DNA from: Nemertoderma westbladi
Taxonomy: Eukaryota; Animalia; Xenacoelomorpha
Length of the DNA: 32,098 nt
Assembly: GCA_032718475.1 (NCBI GenBank)
Contig: JAUCBJ010007466.1
Location: 1-32,098 of the forward strand
Direction of reading: 5' to 3'
This document shows positions 10,664 through 21,260 of this stretch, in pieces. Below the pieces are notes generated by a model. That model saw nothing but the letters and a program-made list of their open reading frames with translations, was not told the origin of the DNA and did no database searches. The position numbers were made by a program, and so were the translations under genes. How positions within the stretch are numbered: position 1 is the first letter of the stretch; every line of letters begins with the position of its first letter.

Positions 10664-11218
10664 CAGCGTCTGGAGTGGGTGTGTGACTATATTATTTTAT
10701 ATTTGTTTTTATTATTTTATATTTATGTATGTATTATTATGTAATTTTATTATAATCGTTTTCTTTAATTTTATTTAGTAGAATGTTATTTTAGCGATTA
10801 TTTAGTAGATTAGTGCAATATATATTAGTGTTTATTACTTAATTACTTATATATTATATATTTCGTGCGACGGCGAGAAATAATTATTTTTTCTCTTTCC
10901 TTACTGCCCGTATTACATTATAAATACGTGACTACAGTAAGATGAAATGTCCGTACTTATTAAAGTACAATAAAGCTCCTACTATATTCAAGTATTATTG
11001 GTAAGTAGAGTATTAGGAATGCAAAATTCAGATCCTCGTGTCTCGGCTAAACCAAGCTCTGGGTATACCTTGGAAACGACTTGCCTCTTCTCACTGACAT
11101 TGCTTCGTGCGATATTGCTCTCATACCGTATATTAAATAATACATATAGTAGCGTGATGTCTCTTTAACAGTAGCGTATAACGCAAAATAAACCTGTTAA
11201 ACCCTTTGACCATCTGTA

Positions 11219-11495
11219 ATTCTAGTCGATTAAGATATCGCGGCACCCACCGATATACTTGAAAGACAAAATCCTAGAATCAGTGGTTAACGTCCCCAGA
11301 CAAGTTCTGGAATAAACTGGTGCCCATCCTAAATATTAATTATTAATATTTATAAAATCTGTCAAATTTTAGATCCTTTAAAATTCTAGTCAATTAAGAT
11401 ATCGTAGCACTTACCGATACTCTTAAAATAACAAATTTCCTAGAATCAAGGATCCCAGTCCCCAGATATGTTCTGGAATAAAATTGTGCCTATTT
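11219..11495 (+). repeat. Two diverged ~110-bp direct repeats in the A 3' region
   Basis: ATTCTAGTC.ATTAAGATATCG...TCCTAGAATCA...GTCCCCAGA...GTTCTGGAATAAA at ~11219 and ~11383. Confidence 0.75.
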
Positions 11496-12313
11496 AATAT
11501 TAAATAATAAAATTTACGGGAATAAATTTAAATTCATATTGTAATGAATTTGATAAATTGTCATTTTTATACAATTTATAACATTCCCAAAATTCCATCA
11601 ATTAATAGATCATGGGAGCGGAGATTCACCTTATTAAGTGTATTAGTGTGCGAGAATCTCCAATATATAGTCAATAGTCGATAAAATTCATAAAATCATG
11701 TATAAAGAGGAATATTGACAATTAAAGAATTACTATTAAATAGCATCCCAGATCTGTATGCATGAGAATTACCCTAATTCTACTGCTAGCTTTCCATAAT
11801 GTCACCATGGCAACAACCACGATAGAATTAGAAGTGAGTTAAAAGAACAATAAAGCTTGCCCAGCCCATTGAATAGCATAAGGAATAAATAGCACACTGC
11901 TAGTATCCCAGGATACCCAATAATAACGTGGCATTCTGGAAGGCACTGACTAACGGACAAATGGCCTGAATGTGTGCGATTTGTGACAGTTGTGTGGAAT
12001 TTGTGCGTTTATAGGTGAATGTTACTACTAAAGTGTGTTTACAGTAGCGAGTCGCAATTGTGAAAGTAGCCCTAACTCTCCAGTAAGAACCTGAAGTAAA
12101 TCTAAGCCTTTGGGACGGACGGTGGAGTGACTCGCGCTGGTTGTTGTGGTCATTGTGCAGCTACGACGTTGGTGATAGGCACATCGGCGAAAGTACACCA
12201 GCGCTGAGGATCTTGCGCTGTCCGGGGGCCGAGAGGGGTAGGCAGCGACGCCCGCTAGCCTAAATATAAACTCATTATAATATTGATAAACTCATATAGC
12301 AGATACGACTGAG

Positions 12314-13661
12314 TTGATAGAAGATGATCTTGGTATCAGGGAGCGATATATTCTACCTTTACAAGCGTTTGTTGATAGCTTGATACGCTGCGACGCTGGT
12401 CCAACTACTACAGAGGACGATGGTTGTTATATCGAACCGCCAATGTCCCAGGAGCAACTTACGCGTGAATTGGACTATAGAAAATTCACTGCTCACTATA
12501 CGCATCGTAATGGTACGTATATGGACTTCTTAACTACTGGTCATCCTATCGATTTGCACGATACGGACGATATCGACACTGAAAGGGAAATTGTACTATT
12601 TAAATATCCTACCCAGCGGAGTCGGAACGATAAACTGAAAATCGAATGCGAAAATTCTATTCGAAATCGACTCGAAAGAGAAGACGTTAAAGAACCGGAT
12701 AAACGCAGTAACTCCAACGTATATTTGGAATTCTTGAGAGAAACGTTGTAAAACCGAATAAATATCACCCGCGTTTCCCTTACAAGACGTGCGTCTTTGG
12801 TATTATTGCGATGAATGCCCAAGACCCAACCAACAAACGGAAAGACATAAACATCCATAGAGACGTTGCTTTAAACGCGGTTACTCGCTATATTTACGGG
12901 AGTTTCGAGCGAAACTTGTTCGATGTATCACCTATGCTCGCTCGATTCAAACAATCCTTAAATAAACCTATGATCAGAGTTCCGGAATACTCGGTCAGAC
13001 CTCCTCATTCCCTAGTTAGACCTCAGACTCTTGATCCTAATAGTATCACGGATCCTCCCGAACTGTACTCACTGTTCAAAGATCTAGTGTTACCCGAACA
13101 GTTAGTCAGTGGCACTCCGGTTGTGGGCTCCCTAAATATTCGCCCATCTTACCTAGTCGGATTTGGACGCGGACATCTAATATCGTCATTCAACCGTATC
13201 ATCGTCCCTGTTTAACCCGATACAACCTGTCACCGAGGCGGAGGAGAGAGTTGTACGAAACGCGTTGGACACTATTCGTCAAAAGGGCGGAAAATAAACC
13301 CACAATTGTTTAGAGAAACGTAAATTGCAGCAGCAAGTCCAAGCGGTAAACGAATTAACTTTATCTCAGTTCGATCAGGAAATTCAGAATCTCTAAGAAA
13401 ATATCGAACTTGGACGACCCTATTCTCTGCAAGAGTTTTGGACGAACGCATCCAACGATAAGCGGAGGAAAATCAGCTCGAGGAGAAGCATATCGAAATG
13501 GACGAGACATCGACCGTAACCCTAAACCTTCAGATGCAATTGTATTGCACCCTTTACCCAAGTGTTATAGCCCTCCTAGTAAAGTGGCTCGCCCCAAAGA
13601 GAAAAGGACTCTTGCTAGCCTCAAAAAACTGCGTAAACGCCGTCCGCGCATGAAAAACTAA
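12314..13661 (+). pseudogene. Fragmented accessory 3' ORF of element A, unknown function
   Basis: Three consecutive + strand ORFs (145, 134 and 83 aa) in a coding-like composition island between pol and the purine tract. No motif recognised. Confidence 0.5.
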
Positions 13662-13731
13662 CTGTTTAGAGTATTTCTATATTTTAGAAACTGTGATTTT
13701 TTATATTTTATAGACTTAAATCCCATTTTCT

Positions 13732-13739
13732 GGGAGCGG
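13732..13739 (+). promoter_or_regulatory. Polypurine tract of A (GGGAGCGG)
   Basis: Directly abuts TGTAAAAG, the LTR start also seen at 30558. Confidence 0.75.
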
Positions 13740-14492
13740 TGTAAAAGCTTTTGCGGAATTAGCCGGTTATTTTCCCCGCAAAGTACTCTGTAGTTGGTTT
13801 AACGGGCATAAAAAGCCATTTCCTTACTGTACCGGTGTTTTAGTGGACATAAAAAGCCATTTCTTCTGTATGTCTACTTTAGCGGACATAACTAGCAATT
13901 CTATGTAGCAATACGCTAAATCCTCTTGAAACAGTGTAGTTACTATGACGACAGCCAACAGCTGATCTGTACACGTGTGGCTTTTCCCTTGTTCTCTGTC
14001 GTTTCTTTGTTCGGTCAACCAATCAGAGCGATTCTCCTGTTATTTGTACAGAAACCTCCGGGAAATCGCGCAATGCATTATGGGTCAATGTTTACCTTTT
14101 TCCACAGCCCAGAAGACCGGCTTTGGAATCTCTGTGTTTTCAGGCTTTAGCCCAACATTAGTAGGCTTAATCACAGAAACGTATATCTGTTATCTTACTT
14201 ACTTAACAAATCAATCATAACTACTCACCTGTTAATATTTCCCGAAAGTGAATAATATTTGTCAGAGATTATATATTACGATCAGTCGAATAATACAGTA
14301 GGCCTACACCGCAATAAGGTTAGGCTTCCGAATCCAGTCTCCCGGGTATATCCAGTGGGTGAATGGTCGCGCATAGGCTGGCTTCGGCTAATGTAGTGTA
14401 TCCAATACTCGTCATAGGCTAAAGTCGATTTATTATCTAGAAGACATCCAAATTTGGCAGGTTAAACTGCTAAAGGTCTGAAAGCGCGAACA
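13740..14492 (+). repeat. 3' LTR of element A, with a 440-bp internal deletion
   Basis: TGT...ACA termini. Lacks the equivalent of 454-893 (CT microhomology at the junction). Homology to the other LTRs stops after GCGAACA; the 3' flank is CAATG. Confidence 0.9.
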
Positions 14493-14587
14493 CAATGTAA
14501 GTTTGTTCTCAAAGCAGATTTGTCATATGTTTAGCTTTACAACAATGTTTGTAAAACCACTCCCCTGGCCTCCCTCTATTTACCCCC

Positions 14588-15105
14588 TATTTGTCTCAGC
14601 CTACAACCCAGCCCTCTCTATATAAAGAAGAATGTATGAAGGAGGTTGTTATTATATCTTGTCCCCACGATTAATTAATGAACTACTGTACTTATTTGTC
14701 TCAGCATACAACCCAGCCTTCTCTATATAAAGAAGAATGTGTGAAGGAGATTGTTACTATATCTTGTCCCCACGATTAATAATTAAAATGAAGTACGTAT
14801 TTGTCTCAGCCTACAACCCAGCCCTCTCTATATAAAGAAGAATGTGTGAAGGAGATTGTTAGTATATATTGTCCCCACGATTAATAATTAATGAAGTACG
14901 TATTTGTCTCAGCCTACAACCCAGCCCTCTCTATATAAAGAAGAATGTGTGAAGGAGATTGTTACTACAGTATATCTTGTCCCACGATTAATTAATGAAG
15001 TACGTATTTGTCTCAGCATACAACCCAGCCCTCTCTATATAAAGAAGAATGTGTGAAGGAGATTGTTCTATATCTTTTCCCCACGAATAATTAATGAAGT
15101 ACGTA
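14588..15105 (+). repeat. Tandem array of five ~104-bp units
   Basis: TATTTGTCTCAGC.TACAACCCAGCC.TCTCTATATAAAGAAGAATG... starts at 14588, 14693, 14798, 14901 and 15005. Confidence 0.95.
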
Positions 15106-15253
15106 ATTAACATACCATTGCAGATTGTGTAATAATGCAATATATTGTTACAGGACAAACAGGGAAAACGTGAAAGTATAATATCTAGTTGTTTAGTGCG
15201 TGGGGATATTGGTTTTGTATTGTTGAGGACATTAATTATTTGTGTTTGTCGAA

Positions 15254-15364
15254 TTATTAAATTAATAATTGCTAATAACATTTATTTAATAATTAAATTA
15301 ATATTATTTGCTAATAACATTTATTTAATAATTAAATTAATAATTGCTAATAACCTTTATTTAA
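15254..15364 (+). repeat. AT-rich minisatellite, three ~36-39-bp units
   Basis: ATTAAATTAATA(TT)ATT(T)GCTAATAACATTTATTTAAT repeated. Confidence 0.85.
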
Positions 15365-15466
15365 CAGAGGTATCCTTCCCTATAAATCTCTCTCTATTTC
15401 TCTATTTCCCAATTCCCCATACGACTGCTTCTCAGTCGAGCGAATTCTATACAGAGCAAAAATCAG

Positions 15467-15710
15467 AGTGAAAAATCAATACCTAATGGGGCTCGAACCC
15501 GGCACCTAGGTTTCAAACTTGTGGTTATCTTCAGCGGGGTGTGTGCGTCCTAAAATATCTGAGCTACCAGGACCGGATGAAGAATTCGCCATGGAGTGGG
15601 ATATCATACTTAGTCCAAATCACTCAAAGGAAAGAGCAACGTTATTCCCGGAACTTTGAAACCTAGGTACCGGATTCGAGCCCCTATAAGGTCGGTTAAT
15701 ATTTTTCACT
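15467..15710. mobile_element. Inverted pair of tRNA-derived (SINE-head-like) units
   Basis: 15488-15517 and 15655-15684 are reverse complements with 2 mismatches and include the B box GGTTCGAGCCC. A-box-like TAGCTCAG on the minus strand at ~15559-15566. Outer inverted repeat AGTGAAAAAT/ATTTTTCACT. Confidence 0.6.
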
Positions 15711-16667
15711 ATGGAGAGCATTATCTTATTATCATTATTATATTGCCCTAATAAATTATATTATTAATTCACCATCACTCACTCTACAACATTTAATTTA
15801 TTATTATGTAAAGTTATTTTTACACAAGCGCGAAATCGCTCAAAAGTCCGCGCTAACTAACGCATGAAGTGTCTCCTTGAATGAATGGCTTACTAACAAT
15901 CTTACTACCAAAAACATTCACCACACGATAGATGAATTGAACTCGGTACTTAGAGATTCCAAGTCCAACGCACGACCAACTTCGCCACTATGCTGTATTA
16001 TACCTTATTACTAAAACCTAACTGGTACTCGAGAGGTGATCGATGAATTCTAGAGGTGTAACTACGCTGACCTAATAATAAGACTATAACATGGCCAAAA
16101 CAACGACAAACAAATGACAGCATGTCCTGGAATATAGTGTCGTTATTCAAGTACATGAACCCCCCCCCCCAAAATTTTTCTACATATCGTAATGAGATTG
16201 CATGAAATTGACCATGTACTCGAATAACGGCACTATATTCCAGGACATGCTGTACTGGTACTGGTGTGAAAAAAGTGCAAAGCTCTCCTGAAAACGTATC
16301 CCCCACATATAGAAAAAGTGAAATTAAAATTGCAACTTTCACATTTTTTGAAAATTGTTCAGCACTTGAAATTTTATAGTTCTGCAAAAAATTCAATATA
16401 TGGTATATGGCAAATTATGGTAGCTATGGTGTTTTTATGGAGATTGTGAATTATATACTAGCTAGTAATAGAAAAAGTTTAAAACTGTTTTTTTTTATAA
16501 ATTGCGTATGTATACTGTATGTGTTGTTGATTGGTTAACAAGCCTAAATAATTATCCTAGATAACAGCTGGATCTCATTCAGGGACACTTTGCTGAATTT
16601 AGATTAAAAACTGTTCTAGAACATTAACCAAAATCAAAAAAGCACTAAAAAGTTGCTATCATTAACC

Positions 16668-16865
16668 GGCCAATTCGGTGATTCGGTCCCGTACAATTCG
16701 GTCCTAGGACAATTCGGTCCTTGGACAATTCGGTCCTAGGACAATTCGGTTCAGGACAATTCGGTCCCATTTATTTAGTGTTTTTGGACCGAATTGTCCG
16801 GGACCGAATTGTCCGGACCGAATTGTCCGGGACGTAATTGTGCGGGACCGAATTGTCCTACATCC
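16668..16865. mobile_element. Foldback/MITE-like element with modular inverted arms
   Basis: About 6-7 copies of GGACAATTCGGTCC, a short AT-rich spacer, then 5 copies of the reverse complement GGACCGAATTGTCC. Confidence 0.85.
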
Positions 16866-17902
16866 AAAATATGCTTGTCTCTGAAGTCCTTTGAGGACAT
16901 TTTAGAGCGGTAGTTTTAGAGAATTTTAAATTTAGAGCTAAAAACGATACTTTTTGGGCACGTTTGTATATAAAATAGGCCTTTATTTTTTATTTCTCGC
17001 AAAATTTAAGTCAAAATTCCTCAATAACATTGGATGTAAACATAAAATGAACCGGTTTACAAATTTGAACTCAATAAATTCAAAACTGTTCAAGAAATAG
17101 TCGTTTAGACAAAAGGAGGCCAGATGCAGCCATTTTGGGACTTTAAAAAAAAACTGGATTAGCCATTCTTAAAATAACAACCAGACGATGCTTGGAAGCA
17201 CTACGCTCAATTTACTCAACTTTAAGCCGTGGAAATATCACATTTTTATATTGTAAATAATGGTTAGTTAACAATCAAAGGAAGGCCTTATGAAGGCTTA
17301 GTTAGTTGTTAGCTAATTAGCAGACATGTTATAGTCATGTTAAATCTGTAGTTTCGCAATGTTAACTATAGGGGGGCCTACTTAATTAAAATAATATAAA
17401 GAATCGTAAAATCGTCCAAATTACATTTCGCATCTGATCAATGAGAGGAAAATGTATGATATGGAACAACGACTTACGACTATCAGTATAATACAGTATG
17501 TATTATAATTGAGGTGCATCGGTGACGCATGAGTTCACAATCCGCGAGCTGGGAAACCATAAGCCATCGGCCGAGCTACGACAAATGCAACATTTGTCGC
17601 CGGGAAACTATCAACCACAAGCTCATATGAATTCGGTTTCTTGAAATTCATCCCGAAACATTCTCTCTCGTTCTCTCAACTTTAGGAAACCAATGTTCAT
17701 CCACTGTAGTTTCTCCAGTCACTCAAGCTTCACTTAAAAACGAACTAAATCAACTTAATCAAATTAATATTGATTGTGCTAATTGTATAGTAAAGTTTGA
17801 GCAACCCAAATTCCATATTAATAGATAGTCGGGCAGAATCACGGAAATCGAGCAACCGTAATACATACAGTAATTGTTATCATACTACAACAACAACTAA
17901 TA

Positions 17903-18495
17903 TGTGACGGGATCAGAGATCCCGACCGGGTTAGAAATGTATGCGTCACCGTTCTGCTGGGGATCGTGCTACTAGCTTTGTCCGAGGCCGTTTGGGAAAA
18001 ACAGTGAAAGTTTCTATTGTCTCTCGATATTAATTAATATGGATGATAATAGCACGCCAGTAGATAATAAGCAGAAAATAAAGATTGATTGTTACCGGTA
18101 TGGCGGTGGCGGTCATTAACTATGACCAGTCTGCACTGACTGAACTGAATAACACAACTGACCGGTAAACCAGTAATGTAAGATCATATATGATTAACAC
18201 ATTGAATATTGGTTTACCTCCTACTCTACTTTGGCCCTTTACCCAATGGATGCTTTCCTGTTCCCTATCACGTGCTTCCCCCCCCCCCCCACTATGGGCT
18301 AATATACTACTTGTCACTTTGGCACTCCCTGGGAGTGTTTCACCTTTCTCTGTGGCTTTGGGGCTTGTGTCGCCCCCCCCCGATGTTGGTTATGATACGA
18401 GATTAATATTGGTAATCTCGTATCCCCAACATATTGCTAAAATACCACTAGTCCCATATTCTGGTGGTAATGAAGTGGAATTGAATCCGCTTACA
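17903..18495 (-). repeat. Putative 3' LTR of element B
   Basis: Minus strand reads GGGGGGGAA|TGTAAG at 18504-18490. CCAAT at 18212, TATATG at 18190, and Inr TCAGTT with +1 at 18159 (31 nt spacing). The left end (...GTCACA at 17903) is inferred from one copy only. Confidence 0.65.
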
Positions 18496-18504
18496 TTCCC
18501 CCCC
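18496..18504 (-). promoter_or_regulatory. Polypurine tract of B (GGGGGGGAA)
   Basis: Abuts TGT at the inferred LTR start. Confidence 0.7.
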
Positions 18505-19132
18505 ATGCTATCTTCCCGGTGAGAAGATAGCATCAACCTTAAGTGCGCTTCAATTCCGCTGGGAACCCAATCTACTATCGGGTGTGGGGTGGAGTTCTTT
18601 TCTCGGGGTTGGCTTTCCAGGCCGCCCCCCTGGGTATGTTATTGCTACCCCTCCCCTCCTTGGTGCAATCGTGAGCTATGTTGCACCAAGATATCTGACG
18701 TCTCTGTTCGAGACAATTGTGGACTCTCTTTCCATACTTAAATTGCACTCCACGCACGTTTCTACGCACGTCAACACCTCCTCTCCATACTTCCCTCATA
18801 CTCCTATACTCAACCCACGCCTGTTTCACTTCACTCACCTCTGACGAGCCTCACCCTCCCCTTTTTGTGCCGTTGCTCTCAAGAAGTGTGATTCGTCTAG
18901 TGTCCCGTCCTCCTGTCATAGTCAATTGGTCCCCAGTCCCAGTAGCTAGTTGGAAAAAGGTTATATATGACTATAGTACTTAGTTTGATTATACTCATTC
19001 TAATTATATTCTAGTTATATTGATACTTACATACGTACATACTAATTGCACTTAATTATTTTGCACTTAGGAGTTCGTATTCTTTTCACATGTGGTGCCT
19101 TCCAGGCACGCCCACATCTCCCCCTCTGCGTC

Positions 19133-21260
19133 CTAGTTCGCTCTTCCCGTCTTCTGGAACCATCTTAGTTCTTTCCCTCTATCATTGTCCTGTCTGGGCC
19201 GCTTCCTTCCCTCTGGCTTGTCCTCTCTGAGACTCCTCAATCTCGTCGTTACCGCATTGATAATTCCTGTTGTCAATTCTTTGGGTGCTGGTGTTATTAA
19301 CTCCCGGTAACGCTTTGCAGGTGGCCCTTCCGAATGCCCCTCCTGCTTCCCCCTGGTAGTGTCCCACAAGATCATTTTCATGGTTTGCGGCACGTTTTCC
19401 GCCAGAAAATCCCTGAACTCGCCTCAGTTTTCTGGCATCCACCTGCCAAGTACCTCTGCGTATTGATGACTCCTCCATACAACGCCGCTGTCGCTACCTC
19501 CTGGTATGTGAATGGCAGTCTCCTCTTGATTATCTCCAGATGGGCTTCCTGGTTGATGTTGAAGAAACCCCACCAGAACTCCTGGGCCTTCATTCTCTGT
19601 TGCGTCATAATGCCAACGTCGGCCCACTCCTCGGAGATCTTAAACTTCTCCTCGTCGTCCATCCAGTTGCTCTGGCGCCCATAGTGCCCTCGGAAGTTAC
19701 ACTTTGAGCAGTGGTTGTGCAGCCTCGGACACGCTCCCATCCTCTGGCTCGACTCGTGGCAGTAGAGGCAACTCGTCCCCTTCTGAAATCGATACAAACA
19801 GCTCTTTTCCTGTTGAGTCAGCCTCCCGCAGTAATCACAGCCATGTATCAACGCATCCCGCCCCAAGTCGTCTTTTGCCCCGAGCGGTCTCCTTTGTCTG
19901 TGGAGCCGTTGGTAGGCAAACTTCTGGACATTAACGTCTCTATCCATATCTATGTTCTTCTCCCACCTTGGCATTGTCTCCCCAAACACTACCCGTGGTG
20001 CCATTCCTGGTTGCTCGCCCAACCTGATGATGCTCCCCGCGAAATCCATCGCCAGATCCTCGTGCACACAGGTCCACTTGCCGGGCTTATCCCAGAAGGC
20101 CTTCGCCCTGCTGGCCGTCACCACCCTCCCGCCCACCCAGTCCGTATTTGAGTGGCCGATCCTCTCGATGGGCGGCATCTCTCCGAACTCATCGTCATCT
20201 TCCTCCCTCGTTGGGAGTGGATCCAGACCCAGTATCCCGGTTGACCCACTATGTCCCTTTCCGCCTTGGCTTCTACCCGTAACTTTCCATCCTTCCTGTT
20301 CCCTTGGTCTCTTTCTTACAGAATCGCCCTCAGAGCCCGCTGGCATGGGCATCACTTGCAATCCTGATGTCAACTGTTTCGGCGATTCTTCCGTCCATCC
20401 TAGCTCCTCCGCCAGATACTCGCCCGAGCTCCCTGATCCCCACCTCAGCTCGTCCAAGTTCTGGGTCTCGAACCCATAATCCTCTCCCCTAATCTCCGCC
20501 TCTCTCTCATCTTCCTCCCTCCTTTCTCGCCTGGCATCTTCTTCCAGTCGCTTCTCCTCAAGTCTATCCGCTTCCAGCTTCTCCCATCTCTTGTATGGTG
20601 TATCCACCTCTCTGTCTACTAGGTGCCGGCTGTTGTAGTACACCGACTCGCCCTTCAGCCCCGGGTGGTCTACCAGACCTTCGAAGGCCGCCTTAAAGGC
20701 TCTTCTGTAGTTTAGAGGTGATCCTGATAGCAGAAATGCTGTCGGCTCTTTTCCGATCACCACAGCCATGAATAGGTTTAGTAAACCTATCATTATCCAA
20801 TCCTCCTGTAGGATATATCTCTTCTGATATATCTTTATCGCTCCTCTCTGGAACTGATACACCTCCTGTTTCCCTGGCCTTGCTCCCCACTTCAGTGAGT
20901 TCGCCAGCTCCGCTCCGTACTCCTCCCGGAACTTACCCCAGTCCTTCGGCTTGTGGCAGACGAGCCCCATGAGCTGACCCATTGCCACTGCTCCGCAATG
21001 TCCTGTGTTCTCTATCAACCCCAACCCGTCTGGCCCTGTCATGGCCATATAGACTACTTGCATGTCCAGGAGGTCCGACGATTCTCTCCACATCGTCGCG
21101 GATCGCCGATCCTACCTTCACCGTTGTCTTCTCTCTTACTAGGTCTTGCACGCCCTTGGCAACCGGTTTAACTTAGGCCCGCTCATCTTGCCGTATGTTC
21201 CTAGATCGAATAGGAATATGTCTCCATTTGGTGCAGCCAAATGCAGTAGTATGGTTCTAG
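19133..21260 (-). pseudogene. Accessory 3' ORF of B: DEDDy/WRN-like exonuclease remnant, charged linker, triple zinc knuckle and unnamed motif
   Basis: 571-aa ORF 19378-21093 with frameshifted upstream pieces (LLHLAAPNGDIFLFDL; VQDLVREKTTVKVGSAIRDDVERI) and a downstream piece 19133-19393. Contains YQKRYILQED, CDYC, CLYC and CSKCNFRGH. Confidence 0.7.

Larger units (their letters stand above)
59..14492 (+). mobile_element. BEL/Pao LTR retrotransposon A, internally deleted and non-autonomous
   Basis: Two near-identical LTRs flank a Pao-type gag (DUF1759-like region, three Cys/His knuckles), an LLDSGS protease and Pao pol remnants. A purine tract precedes the 3' LTR. Confidence 0.92.

Noticed and set aside
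12314-13661. env gene in A (and likewise the 3' ORFs of B and C)
   Set aside because: No signal peptide, fusion-protein cysteine pattern or C-terminal transmembrane anchor in any of them.
16668-16865. CRISPR-like short repeat array
   Set aside because: No unique spacers, arms are inverted, no cas genes, eukaryotic context.
15990-17300. 132-aa ORF 15998-16396 and a possible DNA-transposon remnant around it
   Set aside because: No protein motif, and I could not define terminal inverted repeats or a target duplication.
18120-18983. Short ORFs over the LTR and 3' UTR of B
   Set aside because: Compositionally biased, overlapping on both strands, no motifs.
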